Positions 18,446 through 28,273 of a DNA stretch of 64,000 bases are shown piece by piece. The notes under the pieces are model-generated. The model was not told where the DNA came from. It was given only the letters and a program-made list of their open reading frames with translations, and did not search any database. Location of the stretch: positions 2,403-66,402 of the forward strand of contig CAZYQC010000011.1 in assembly GCA_964649815.1 (NCBI GenBank), written 5' to 3'. The DNA comes from an uncultured Rhodobacterales bacterium. Its GTDB lineage: Bacteria; Pseudomonadota; Alphaproteobacteria; Rhodobacterales; Rhodobacteraceae. Numbering within the stretch: position 1 is the first letter of the stretch; each line of letters begins with the position of its first letter. The translations under genes were made by a program, and so were the position numbers.

Positions 18446-19258
18446 ATGGCACGATTTGGATGCGCGACGGGCGCGGCCCTGGCGTTTGTGGTGACGACAG
18501 GTATCGCGGCGGCTGATACGAAACCGGCGCCGCCACCCTTTAAAGACTTCAGTTCAAAACGGGTTGGCCTGCCGAAGGCGGGCCAAAAGCGGATCACGGT
18601 GCAAATCGGTGCCGCTGAAGAAGGCACAGCGCCCGCCCAAAACCAATCGGCAGGCGGCACCGGGCCTTCAAATGCGCGCTATGACTGGTTCTGGAATGAC
18701 ATTTCGCCAGAAATCGCGGCCAGCGGTCCGGGGCGGCTGGACGCGGCATTGCGGGTCTTGGCACAGGCGGACACGACCGTGCCTGCTCCGCGGTTGCAAA
18801 CGCTGCAAGATGTGGCGCAGCGACGCGGCGTCGATATTTTGCGCTCGACAGTGGGCACCAACGTCTCGCCCGCGCTGGTGCTGGCGGTGATGGTCGTCGA
18901 ATCTGCGGGCAAAGCTGACGCGATCTCTTCTGCGGGCGCGCAGGGCCTTATGCAGCTCATGCCCGCGACAGCGGATCGTTTCGGTGTCGAGGACGCTTTG
19001 CAGCCTGCTCAGAACATTGCAGGGGGTGTAAAGTACCTCAATTGGTTGATGGATCACTTTGACCAAGACCCGGTCTTGGTGTTGGCGGGGTATAATGCGG
19101 GCGAGGGCGCCGTACGCGACCATGCAGGCGTGCCACCTTACCCCGAAACGCGCGATTATGTGCCAAAGGTGCTGGCGGCCTATCAGGTCGCACGTGGCCT
19201 GTGTCAAACGCCGCCCGAGCTGATTTCGGACGGCTGCGTGTTTGTTGGGATGCGCTAA
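18446..19258 (+). CDS. Lytic transglycosylase (SLT domain), secreted
   Basis: ATG at 18446 gives signal peptide MARFGCATGAALAFVVTTGIAAA. SLT motifs VVESAGKADAISSAGAQGLMQLMP and AGYNAGEGAV. Confidence 0.85.
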   Translation: MARFGCATGAALAFVVTTGIAAADTKPAPPPFKDFSSKRVGLPKAGQKRITVQIGAAEEGTAPAQNQSAGGTGPSNARYDWFWNDISPEIAASGPGRLDAALRVLAQADTTVPAPRLQTLQDVAQRRGVDILRSTVGTNVSPALVLAVMVVESAGKADAISSAGAQGLMQLMPATADRFGVEDALQPAQNIAGGVKYLNWLMDHFDQDPVLVLAGYNAGEGAVRDHAGVPPYPETRDYVPKVLAAYQVARGLCQTPPELISDGCVFVGMR

Positions 19259-19272
19259 GGCCGCAGGTTGGG

Positions 19273-19902
19273 TCAGTTCACCAAAGTCGCTTCGGTCGCC
19301 GCGCGCATTTCCTCTTCGGTCACACCGTCGGCAAGCTCGACGATAGACAATCCCCCGTCGACAACATCCAGAACACCAAGGTTCGTGATGATGCGGTCAA
19401 CGACGCTTTGACCGGTAAGAGGCAGGGTGCATGACTTGAGAACCTTGCTTTCGCCGTGCTTGTTGGTGTGATCCATCACGACAACCACGCGGCCAACGCC
19501 AGCAACCAGATCCATTGCGCCGCCCATGCCTTTGACAAGCTTGCCCGGGATCATCCAGTTGGCCAGGTCGCCGTTTTCGGCAACTTCCATTGCGCCCAGA
19601 ATCGCCATAGCGATTTTACCGCCCCGGATCATGCCAAAGCTTGTCGCGCTGTCGAAATAGGCCGTCTGCGGCAATTCGGTGATCGTTTGCTTGCCCGCGT
19701 TGATCAGGTCGGGGTCTTCTTCGCCTTCGTAAGGGAAGGGGCCCATGCCCAGCATTCCGTTTTCGGATTGCAGCGTCACCTCGATGCCGTCGGGGATATA
19801 GTTGGACACCAACGTCGGGATCCCGATCCCCAGGTTCACGTACCAACCATCTTCCAGTTCCTGCGCGGCACGCGCCGCCATCTGGTTTCTATCCCAAGGC
19901 AT
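19273..19902 (-). CDS. scoB: 3-oxoacid CoA-transferase subunit B
   Basis: Characteristic N-terminus [30 protein letters not shown] and catalytic-Glu motif LQSENGMLG. Confidence 0.9.
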   Translation of the reverse strand: MPWDRNQMAARAAQELEDGWYVNLGIGIPTLVSNYIPDGIEVTLQSENGMLGMGPFPYEGEEDPDLINAGKQTITELPQTAYFDSATSFGMIRGGKIAMAILGAMEVAENGDLANWMIPGKLVKGMGGAMDLVAGVGRVVVVMDHTNKHGESKVLKSCTLPLTGQSVVDRIITNLGVLDVVDGGLSIVELADGVTEEEMRAATEATLVN

Positions 19903-19920
19903 GTTTCTTTTATTCCTGCT

Positions 19921-20946
19921 TTAGTCGACAACCGCAGCGCCGGCGGGCACTTCGATTGTAATGAAAGAACCCGCTGCACCGCGGCCCAGTTGGAGAGTGC
20001 CTTCCAGCCCTTCGATCAAGCCGCCAACGATGCGGCCACCCACTGTCGAGGGGTCAGGCCAGGCGATCGATTGCGGAATGCCTTCGCCATCGTCTGACAC
20101 GATGAGACGCAAACCACCGGCTGACAATTGCGACATGCGCACTTCGACAAGCCCGGTGTCCATGCGCTCAAAGGCGTGTTGGAACGCGTTTGTCATCAGC
20201 TCGGACAGAACCAAGCCCACGCGGGTGGCCGTTTCGATCGGCACTTCCAGTGGCTCAATCTGCAGCGACAAACGAATGCCTGACCGGCCTTCGATATGTG
20301 CAATGGCCGCAGCCAGGCGGCTGAGGAAGCTGCCCATCTGGATATAGTCACGGTTGGATTGCGCGTCAGACAGCTTCATTTCTTCGTAAAGCAGTTGAAG
20401 CGTCTCGATCCGGCGCGACAGAGCGGCGAAGTCCTCGGGGACGGATGTCGCGTCGGATTGTTGCCGGATCATGCCAATGATCATCGACAAATCGGATGTG
20501 ACCCGGTTCTGAATTTCCAGAAGCTGTGCGTTTGTTTCTTCGGCGCTCGCCCCGATCTCGGATTTCCGCAGCTCTTTTTGAATGCCAACAAAATACTGCG
20601 TGCGCCCGTGGGAATCGTTGATCGGCGCGACGATCAGTCGGTTGACGAAAGGTTCTCCGTTGGCGCGGTAGTTGAGAATATCAACGGTGACGCTCTCTTC
20701 GTTTTGGATGCCCTTGCGCAGCTTGTCGACATCCGCCTTGTTGGTGTCTTCGCCTTGCAAAAAGCGGCAGTTACGGCCGATGGACACGGACCGGGCATAG
20801 CCTGTGCTGCGGGTGAAGGCTTGGTTAACGTAGACAATCGGGTTGTCGTCGAGATGCGGGTTTGTGACGACCATTGCTACTTCGGCCCGAGAGAACCCGT
20901 CAAAGGCCTTGTCGTCGTCTAGCAGTGATTCAATCGTGTTAGCCAT
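19921..20946 (-). CDS. LOV (blue-light) sensor fused to a HisKA_2-type dimerisation region and GHKL ATPase domain; H-box lacks the phospho-acceptor His
   Basis: LOV core NPIVYVNQAFTRSTGY...GRNCRFLQG (Cys60 codon at 20767-20769). N-box SELMTNAFQHAF, G1 DDGEGIP, G2-like GGRIVGGL. H-box position reads LEIQNRVTSDL instead of E(L/I)xHRxKNxL. Confidence 0.85.
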   Translation of the reverse strand: MANTIESLLDDDKAFDGFSRAEVAMVVTNPHLDDNPIVYVNQAFTRSTGYARSVSIGRNCRFLQGEDTNKADVDKLRKGIQNEESVTVDILNYRANGEPFVNRLIVAPINDSHGRTQYFVGIQKELRKSEIGASAEETNAQLLEIQNRVTSDLSMIIGMIRQQSDATSVPEDFAALSRRIETLQLLYEEMKLSDAQSNRDYIQMGSFLSRLAAAIAHIEGRSGIRLSLQIEPLEVPIETATRVGLVLSELMTNAFQHAFERMDTGLVEVRMSQLSAGGLRLIVSDDGEGIPQSIAWPDPSTVGGRIVGGLIEGLEGTLQLGRGAAGSFITIEVPAGAAVVD

Positions 20947-20957
20947 CGCGCACCTGT

Positions 20958-21662
20958 TTAAGCGTCTGGACGTGGTCTGGTTGTACGTTGTTCAATTCGT
21001 TTTTCGTGCTCGCCCTGGATCAGGCGGTGAACGTAGATCCCTGGCAAATGGATGTGGTCCGGGTCAAGCGAGCCGGTTGGCACGATTTCTTCCACCTCGG
21101 CGATGCACACCTTTCCGCACATCGCAGCGGGCGGGTTAAAGTTGCGGGCCGTCTTACGGAAGATCAGGTTGCCGGTCGCGTCAGCTTTCCAGGCTTTGAC
21201 GATGCTGAGGTCCGCGAAAATACCGCGTTCCATGATGTAGGTCTCGCCGTCAAAGTCTTTGTGTTCTTTGCCGTCCGCGATCACGGTGCCAACGCCGGTT
21301 TTGGTGTAAAACCCGGGAATGCCGCAGCCGCCTGCGCGCATCCGTTCGGCCAATGTGCCTTGCGGGTTGAACTCAAGCTCCAGTTCGCCGGACAGGTATT
21401 GGCGCATGAACTCTGCGTTTTCGCCGACATAGGAAGAGATCATCTTTTTGACCTGGCGGGTCTGCAGCAAAATGCCGATGCCAAAATCGTCGACGCCTGC
21501 ATTGTTTGACGCAAACGTCAGGTCTTTGGTGCCGGCCTCTTTGATCGCCTGCAAAAGAAGTTCCGGTATCCCGCTGAGCCCAAAGCCACCTGCAGCAATG
21601 AACATCCCATCGAACAACAAACCATCAAGCGCGTCTGCTGCTGATCCGTAAACCTTCTTCAT
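20958..21662 (-). CDS. scoA: 3-oxoacid CoA-transferase subunit A
   Basis: Start moved to the ATG at 21662 (MKKVYGSAADALDGLLFDGMFIAAGGFGLSGIPE...), the typical ScoA N-terminus. The ORF-track start at 21791 is TTG. Confidence 0.9.
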   Translation of the reverse strand: MKKVYGSAADALDGLLFDGMFIAAGGFGLSGIPELLLQAIKEAGTKDLTFASNNAGVDDFGIGILLQTRQVKKMISSYVGENAEFMRQYLSGELELEFNPQGTLAERMRAGGCGIPGFYTKTGVGTVIADGKEHKDFDGETYIMERGIFADLSIVKAWKADATGNLIFRKTARNFNPPAAMCGKVCIAEVEEIVPTGSLDPDHIHLPGIYVHRLIQGEHEKRIEQRTTRPRPDA

Positions 21663-21825
21663 AGACGTGCGTTCCTTCGTCTTGCCGTGTCGAACGCGAT
21701 AAAAGACCCCGCTGAACCGCTTCGAAGAAGGGGACGAGGTCTTGCGCGCACTGTTTGGAGGACTTTTCGCAGGAATCGCATGCGGCATCAAGCTTTACCG
21801 CAAGCACCTGGCACGTCAGCGGAGA

Positions 21826-24360
21826 TTATTTTTTCCGCCGCGTGCCTTTCTTGGCTGCGCGTTCTGCCAGCAATTGCAAGGCGAACTCGACCGTCACATC
21901 ATCGGGTTCCGTCGTGTCTGGAATGGTGGCGTTGACTTTGCCCCATTTCACATAAGGCCCGTACTTGCCCTTCATGATGTTGACCGGTGCGCCGTCATCT
22001 GGATGCGGGCCCAGCTCTTTGATCGGCTTGGCGGCGGCCCCTCGGCCCCCGCGCGATGCAACCTTTTCGGCCAAAAGCTGAACGGCGCGGTTCATACCGA
22101 CCGTAAAGACCTCGTCAATGCTTTCGAGGTTGGCGTTGGTGCCGCCTCGGTCAGAGGTTGATGGCGCATGCTTGAGATAGGGGCCATAGCGTCCGATGTT
22201 GGACCAGACGGTGATCCCGTCTTCGGGGTGCGGACCAATTTCGCGCGGCAGCGACAGCAGCTTTAACGCTTGTGCAAGATCAACCTCTTCTGGCGGCCAG
22301 TCTTTGGGAATAGATTGGCGTGGCGGCTTTTTGTTGTCTTCTGTGACCTCTCCGCGTTGCACATAGGGGCCAAAGCGGCCTTTGAAGACGCGGATGTTGT
22401 CGCCATCGTCCTCGCCCAGCAATTTGCCGTCAGGCGGAATGGCCGTGTCGTTGCCATCCTCGGACGGAGGGCCAAAGGCGCGCGTATAGCGGCATTCGGG
22501 ATAGTTGGAACAGCCGATAAAGGCCCCGCCGGACCGCGCGGTGCGCATGGACAGACGTCCGACGCCGCAATTGGGGCAAAGGCGCGGGTCGGTTCCGTCC
22601 TCATTGGGCGGGAACAAATGCGGCTCGAGCACCTCGTTGATCTTTTCAAGCACTTCGGTGATCCGCAGATCCGCCGTCTCTGCTATGGCTGCCGAAAAGT
22701 CGCGCCAGAAACGGCCAAGAACGTCTTTGTAGGCGCGATCACCGGCGCTGACGTCATCGAGTTCTTCTTCCATCTGGGCGGTGAAATCGTATCCCACATA
22801 GCGCCGGAAGTAGTTTTCAAGAAACGCGATCACCAACCGCCCTTTGTCCTCTGGGATGAGGCGGTTTTTGTCTTTGCGCACATAGCCGCGATCCTGAATG
22901 GTCGTGACGATCGAGGCATAGGTGGAAGGGCGCCCGATACCAAGCTCCTCCATCCGCTTGACCAAAGTTGCTTCGGTATAGCGGGGGGGCGGTTGGGTGA
23001 AATGCTGATCTGGCGTGATGCCTTTCTTTGCGGCCGTCTCGCCCTGGCTCAGTTGGGGAAGGCGCTTGTCGTCGTCATCGACAACTTCATCGTCGCGGCC
23101 TTCTTCGTAGACGCGCAGGAACCCGTCAAACAGCATCACCTGACCGGTCGCGCGCAGGCCAACCTGGCCATCGGCGCTGCCGATTTCGACGGTGGTGCGT
23201 TCAAGCCGGGCGGCTTCCATCTGACAGGCCAACGTGCGCTTCCAGATCAGATCATAGAGCTTGCGCTGGTCGTCGTCGGTCGCCTTGATGCTGCTGGCAT
23301 CGCGGGTCATGTCTGTTGGACGAATGCATTCATGCGCTTCTTGCGCGTTTTTGGCCTTGTTCTTGTAGATCCGCGGCGAGGACGGCACGTAATCGGCCCC
23401 ATACCGATCTGCAATTGCATCTCGGGCCGCTTGAACGGCTTCGGGCGCCATGTCGATGCCGTCGGTCCGCATATAGGTAATGTAGCCGGCCTCATAGAGG
23501 CGTTGCGCCGCGCTCATGGTTTGGCGGGCGCCCATGCCGAACTTTCGGCTGGCCTCTTGCTGCAGCGTCGAGGTCATGAAGGGGGCCGCGGGGTTTCGGT
23601 TGGCGGGCTTGGCTTCGACCGACGTGACACTCAGATCGCGGCTTTCAATCGCCTGAACGGCCATTTCCGCCTGGGTCTGGTTCTCGATGTCGTAACGATC
23701 AAGCTTTTTGCCCGCGAGAACCGTAAGCCGCGCCTCATAGTCTTGGCCACGTGGCGATGTCAGGATCGCTTTGACCGACCAATATTCGCGCGGGCGAAAG
23801 GCCTCGATCTCCATCTCGCGCTCGACGATAAGACGCAGACACACCGATTGGACACGTCCAGCAGACTTGGCCCCCGGCAGCTTGCGCCACAAAACCGGCG
23901 AAAGGTTAAAGCCCACAAGATAGTCCAGCGCGCGCCGGGCGAGATAGGCTTCGACCAAAGGCATGTCGACTTCGCGCGGGTTCGCCATCGCCTCGGACAC
24001 CGCGTCTTTGGTGATCGCGTTGAATGTCACCCGGCTGACCGGCGTGTCCTTTTTGATCGACTTTCGCTTGGTCAAGGCCTCCTGCAAGTGCCAAGAAATC
24101 GCTTCGCCCTCGCGGTCGGGGTCGGTGGCGAGGATCAGGGCGTTGTCGTCTTTCAGAGCGTCGGCAATGGCTTTGACATGCTTTTTGCTGTCGCTCGCGA
24201 CCTCCCACAACATTGCGAAATCGTCTTCGGGATCAACGGATCCGTCTTTAGGAGGCAGGTCTCGCACGTGGCCGTAACTCGCCAAGACCGTGTAGTCATC
24301 ACCGAGATATTTGTTGATTGTTTTTGCTTTCGCCGGGGATTCGACAACAACGACTGGCAT
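21826..24360 (-). CDS. topA: DNA topoisomerase I
   Basis: Toprim start MPVVVVESPAKAKTINKYLG, active-site Tyr block GYITYMRTD, C-terminal zinc-ribbon/repeat region (CPNCG..., GKYGPYVKWG). Confidence 0.97.
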   Translation of the reverse strand: MPVVVVESPAKAKTINKYLGDDYTVLASYGHVRDLPPKDGSVDPEDDFAMLWEVASDSKKHVKAIADALKDDNALILATDPDREGEAISWHLQEALTKRKSIKKDTPVSRVTFNAITKDAVSEAMANPREVDMPLVEAYLARRALDYLVGFNLSPVLWRKLPGAKSAGRVQSVCLRLIVEREMEIEAFRPREYWSVKAILTSPRGQDYEARLTVLAGKKLDRYDIENQTQAEMAVQAIESRDLSVTSVEAKPANRNPAAPFMTSTLQQEASRKFGMGARQTMSAAQRLYEAGYITYMRTDGIDMAPEAVQAARDAIADRYGADYVPSSPRIYKNKAKNAQEAHECIRPTDMTRDASSIKATDDDQRKLYDLIWKRTLACQMEAARLERTTVEIGSADGQVGLRATGQVMLFDGFLRVYEEGRDDEVVDDDDKRLPQLSQGETAAKKGITPDQHFTQPPPRYTEATLVKRMEELGIGRPSTYASIVTTIQDRGYVRKDKNRLIPEDKGRLVIAFLENYFRRYVGYDFTAQMEEELDDVSAGDRAYKDVLGRFWRDFSAAIAETADLRITEVLEKINEVLEPHLFPPNEDGTDPRLCPNCGVGRLSMRTARSGGAFIGCSNYPECRYTRAFGPPSEDGNDTAIPPDGKLLGEDDGDNIRVFKGRFGPYVQRGEVTEDNKKPPRQSIPKDWPPEEVDLAQALKLLSLPREIGPHPEDGITVWSNIGRYGPYLKHAPSTSDRGGTNANLESIDEVFTVGMNRAVQLLAEKVASRGGRGAAAKPIKELGPHPDDGAPVNIMKGKYGPYVKWGKVNATIPDTTEPDDVTVEFALQLLAERAAKKGTRRKK

Positions 24361-24493
24361 GCGCTTGAGCTAACCTATTTTTTCAGAATCTGCTTTACCT
24401 CTATGGCGGCGCAACATGTGGTGCCTCTTGGGGTGTTGTCAACGCGCTCTCTGATATTGAATGGCGGCACGAGGTCTCACCCCAGCGTTCCGC

Positions 24494-25648
24494 TTAGCTG
24501 TTGCGCATCACCAATCCGCCAGCTTGACGCCGAATTTCCCCGTTCAACTCCAACTCAATCAAAGCGGGTGTCAGATCGGCTGCGTTGGCGTCCAAATCGC
24601 GCATCAACTGGTCTTCGGCAAGCGGAGCCGCGCCCAAACGGTCGAGGATCATTTGGCGTATCGGTGCGGTGTTGCACGGCAGGGTCACTGCCGCCTGAGG
24701 CGCGGGGGAGGGCGCGGCAGGGGCCGCGAGCGGGGCCAACGCCTCAAGCACGTCTTGGGCCGAGCGCACGAGGGTTGCGCCGTCGCGCAAAAGGGCGTTG
24801 CCGCCGCCTGCGCGTCCGTCAAAGGGATGGCCCGGCACGGCCATCACCTCGCGGCCAAGGTCCAGGGCATCACGCGCGGTGATCAAGCTGCCCGAGCGCA
24901 AGGCCGCTTCGACCACGACCGTCGCTTTGGCCAGACCAGCGATCAGGCGATTGCGCGCAGGAAAGTGGCGGGCAGCGGGCTGTAGACCGATGGGCGTTTC
25001 AGACAGGCGCAGACCGTGCTGGGCGATACTGGCGGCCAGGTCGGTGTTTTCAACCGGATAGATCACATCCACACCACCGGCTTGGACGGCAATCGTGCCG
25101 GTGGGCAAGGCAGCGAGATGAGCGGCGGTGTCCACCCCACGCGCCAGACCCGAGACGACGATGTATCCAGCCGCCCCAAGGTCAGCCGCCAGGGCCTTGG
25201 CCATGCGCGTGCCAAGCGAAGAGGCGTTTCTGGCCCCAACAAGTGCGACGGCAGGTTTCTTGAGCATATCAATTTGGCCAAGGCACCAGATGCAGGGGGG
25301 CGCATTGGGCAGCTCTAGAAGGGCGGCGGGATAATCAGGATCGATGTCGTGGATCAGCCTGGCACCAATGGCCGCACCTGCGCGCAGTTCCTCTTCGACC
25401 TGGGCCTGAGCGCAAACGGCGTAGCGCGTCTCGCCTGCATGGCGTGCGATCCCGGGCAGCGCATCCAGGGCTGCCTGCGCGCTTTGGTATTCGCCAAGCA
25501 ATCGCCGGAACGTGGCAACCCCCACGCGGCGCGAGCGCAGCAAGCGGAGCCGGGCCAATCGTTCTACTTCCGGGGTGGGTGGGATTGGGGGGTGAATGGA
25601 AGAAGGATGGGTATCCTTGTCGATCATCCCGCGCTCCGCTTGCTGCAC
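24494..25648 (-). CDS. dprA: DNA-processing protein DprA (Smf)
   Basis: Rossmann-like DprA core (ALVGARNASSLG, VVSGLARGVDTAAH, AMPGHPFD-like VPGHPFDGR) and C-terminal wHTH. The dprA-topA neighbourhood is conserved. Confidence 0.9.
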   Translation of the reverse strand: MQQAERGMIDKDTHPSSIHPPIPPTPEVERLARLRLLRSRRVGVATFRRLLGEYQSAQAALDALPGIARHAGETRYAVCAQAQVEEELRAGAAIGARLIHDIDPDYPAALLELPNAPPCIWCLGQIDMLKKPAVALVGARNASSLGTRMAKALAADLGAAGYIVVSGLARGVDTAAHLAALPTGTIAVQAGGVDVIYPVENTDLAASIAQHGLRLSETPIGLQPAARHFPARNRLIAGLAKATVVVEAALRSGSLITARDALDLGREVMAVPGHPFDGRAGGGNALLRDGATLVRSAQDVLEALAPLAAPAAPSPAPQAAVTLPCNTAPIRQMILDRLGAAPLAEDQLMRDLDANAADLTPALIELELNGEIRRQAGGLVMRNS

Positions 25649-25727
25649 ACTCGGTATAGAATCGTTAAGGTTAACAAGGGGTGAACCGCCGCAAAGGAGT
25701 GTGGCGGCTCCCCCGTTTTTTCCAACG

Positions 25728-27149
25728 CTACGAGGCGCTGCCGCCCACCGTGAGACCTCCGATCATCATTGTGGGCTGTCCGACACCCACCGGCACCCAT
25801 TGACCGGCCTTGCCGCAATTGCCCATGCCGGGATCAAGCGCCATGTCGTTGCCGATGGCACGAATGTGCTTCAACGCGGTCGCGCCGTCTCCGATCAGGG
25901 TGGCACCTTTGACGGGCGCGCCAACTTTGCCGTTCTCGACACGATAGGCCTCGGTGCACGAGAAAACGAACTTGCCGTTGGTGATGTCGACTTGCCCGCC
26001 GCCAAAGCCCACGGCATAAATCCCGTCTTTCAGATCGGCGACAATATCCTGAGGATCCGCATCCCCGCCCAGCATATAGGTGTTGGTCATGCGCGGCATC
26101 GGCGCATGGGCATAGCTTTGGCGTCGACCATTGCCTGTCGCGGGAACGCCCATCAGCCGGGCGTTTTGGCGATCTTGCATGTAACCGACCAGTATGCCGT
26201 CTTCGATCAACGTGTTCTTGCCCGAAGGCGTGCCTTCGTCATCCACGCTGATCGAGCCGCGGCGATCTGGGATGGTGCCATCGTCGAGGACGGTGACACC
26301 CGGTGCAGCGATGCGTTCCCCCATCAAGCCGGCAAATGCCGAGCTGCCTTTGCGATTAAAGTCGCCCTCTAACCCGTGGCCGATGGCTTCGTGCAGCAGA
26401 ATGCCAGGCCAGCCAGGGCCAAGGACCACATCCATCACGCCAGCAGGGGCGGCGACGGCGTCGAGGTTCACAAGTGCGATGCGCAACGCTTCGCGCGCCT
26501 TGGCTTCCCAATCCTGGCGCGCCATCAGGCCATCAAGACCAACGCGGCCCCCGCCGCCTGCGCTGCCAGATTCGCGCCGGCCATCGTGTTCGACGATCAC
26601 CGACACATTGAGGCGCGTCATCGGGCGGATATCGCGCACCGACAGTCCGTCAGGGCGCAAGATCTCGACTTCTTGCAGGCCCGCGGCGATCGAGGCCGAG
26701 ACCTGCACGACGCGGCTGTCGAGATCCCGAACAAAGGCGTCAATCTCTCTGAGCGTGTCGATCTTCACCGGAAAGGTGGCGCCCGCAATCGGATCAGCGT
26801 CGGTATAAAGCTTTTCATTTGTTGGCAAAGGGCCATCGGCCCATGTTCCGCCGCCTTCTGCAACGGCAAGGCGCGCAGTCTCGGAGGCACGGCGCAGGGC
26901 GGCTTCGGTCAATTCCGTGGAATGCGCATAGCCGGTGACTTCGCCTTTGACCGCGCGCAACCCGAATCCTTCGGAGGCGTCATAGCTGGCGGTTTTCAGG
27001 CGGCCATCGTCAAAAAGCAGCGACTCAGACCGGCGGCGTTCGAAAAAGAGCTCTCCGTCATCGGCACCATTGGTCGCATTTTGCAGGATCGACAGCGCTG
27101 TTTCGCGATCCAAGGCCGCGTTGAACGGGGAAAATGGCTGCTCTGACAT
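25728..27149 (-). CDS. tldD: Metalloprotease TldD
   Basis: HExxxH-type motif LLHEAIGHGLEGD and C-terminal GGQVD...G motifs typical of TldD/PmbA. Confidence 0.95.
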   Translation of the reverse strand: MSEQPFSPFNAALDRETALSILQNATNGADDGELFFERRRSESLLFDDGRLKTASYDASEGFGLRAVKGEVTGYAHSTELTEAALRRASETARLAVAEGGGTWADGPLPTNEKLYTDADPIAGATFPVKIDTLREIDAFVRDLDSRVVQVSASIAAGLQEVEILRPDGLSVRDIRPMTRLNVSVIVEHDGRRESGSAGGGGRVGLDGLMARQDWEAKAREALRIALVNLDAVAAPAGVMDVVLGPGWPGILLHEAIGHGLEGDFNRKGSSAFAGLMGERIAAPGVTVLDDGTIPDRRGSISVDDEGTPSGKNTLIEDGILVGYMQDRQNARLMGVPATGNGRRQSYAHAPMPRMTNTYMLGGDADPQDIVADLKDGIYAVGFGGGQVDITNGKFVFSCTEAYRVENGKVGAPVKGATLIGDGATALKHIRAIGNDMALDPGMGNCGKAGQWVPVGVGQPTMMIGGLTVGGSAS

Positions 27150-27337
27150 AAATTGCCCTCTCTGGCACCGTGTGCCGGTTGAATGAGACCGGTGAGCGTC
27201 CGTTTGACGCGCCCACAGCGTCTTTATCTTGAGGCAGATATATGATTGTTACTCGGACCAATACAACGGGAGCCGTCTACGGCCTGTGCTGGTGCGCGCT
27301 CTTAAAAGATAAACGATCTAGTTGATCAGGACGACAG

Positions 27338-28219
27338 ATGAAAAAGCTTCTCACGATGTCGGGCGCAATGACGGCCTTGGCCGCAGTCCCAGCTTACGCA
27401 CAAGACTCGCTGGAATTGATTGGCGTTCCGGTGGACCGGGGCACCGGGTTCCAACCCGCTGTGACAGAAATTGCACGCCGCTTGCAGTGGTTGGACGGCA
27501 TGATCCTTGTGATCATCACGCTGATCTGCCTGTTTGTGGTTGGCCTGCTGGGCTATGTGATCGTGCGCTTTAACCGCCGCGCGAACCCAGAACCTGCGAC
27601 GTTCACACACAACTCACCTTTGGAAGTCGCCTGGACGGTCATTCCAATCGTGATCCTGGTGTTTATCGGCGCGTTTTCCTTGCCGACGCTCTTCTACGAG
27701 CAGGAAATCCCCGAAGGCGATGTGACGATCAAGGCAACAGGCTTTCAGTGGTTCTGGGGCTATGAATACGTCGACGAAGGCATCGCCTTTGACGCTTACA
27801 TGATCGGCTCACCGGCCACGGGCGGTAACTACGCCATGTCGCCAGAGGTAGAAGAACAGCTGATCGAGGCGGGCTATTCCAAGGAAGAATTCCTGCTGGC
27901 CACCGACAACGCGGTCGTTGTGCCGGTCGGCAAGACAATCGTCATGCAGGTCACTGGCGCGGACGTGATCCATTCCTGGACGATCCCAGCCTTTGGCGTA
28001 AAGCAGGATGGCGTTCCTGGTCGCTTGGCAGAGCTTTGGTTCAAAGCCGAGAAAGAAGGCGTCTACTTTGGTCAGTGTTCCGAGCTCTGCGGCATCGCGC
28101 ATGCGTATATGCCGATCACTGTCAAAGTGGTGAGCGAAGAGGCCTATGCCGCCTGGTTGGAAGAAGCGAAGGTTGAATTCGCAACTGGACCAGCTGCGGT
28201 CAAAGTCGCCTCTAACTGA
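27338..28219 (+). CDS. ctaC: aa3-type cytochrome c oxidase subunit II
   Basis: Signal peptide, two TM helices, CuA site [16 protein letters not shown]...[14 protein letters not shown]. Confidence 0.95.
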   Translation: MKKLLTMSGAMTALAAVPAYAQDSLELIGVPVDRGTGFQPAVTEIARRLQWLDGMILVIITLICLFVVGLLGYVIVRFNRRANPEPATFTHNSPLEVAWTVIPIVILVFIGAFSLPTLFYEQEIPEGDVTIKATGFQWFWGYEYVDEGIAFDAYMIGSPATGGNYAMSPEVEEQLIEAGYSKEEFLLATDNAVVVPVGKTIVMQVTGADVIHSWTIPAFGVKQDGVPGRLAELWFKAEKEGVYFGQCSELCGIAHAYMPITVKVVSEEAYAAWLEEAKVEFATGPAAVKVASN

Positions 28220-28273
28220 TTGTAAAAGGCGCGCAAAGGCTGCGCGCCTTCCCCTCTGACCGATAGGTTCGAC

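Noticed and set aside
17453-18446. Search for CtrA boxes (TTAA-N7-TTAA) in the pilin regulatory regions
   Set aside because: I found no TTAA-N7-TTAA match by eye in these spacers, so I make no CtrA claim.
22270-24882. 870-aa ORF on the plus strand opposite topA, extending into dprA antisense
   Set aside because: It is the codon-aligned antisense frame of topA: 22270-21826 is a multiple of 3. In that frame, stops arise only where the sense gene uses TTA, CTA or TCA, which are rare in this GC3-rich genome. The translation is low-complexity and Arg/Gly/Ala-rich with no motifs. topA is unambiguous.
25686-25721. Hairpin (ccgccgca / tgtggcgg) followed by a T6 run between tldD and dprA
   Set aside because: It looks like a terminator only on the plus strand, where no gene ends. 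On the minus strand, where tldD ends, the G.U pair becomes a C.A mismatch and no U-tract follows.
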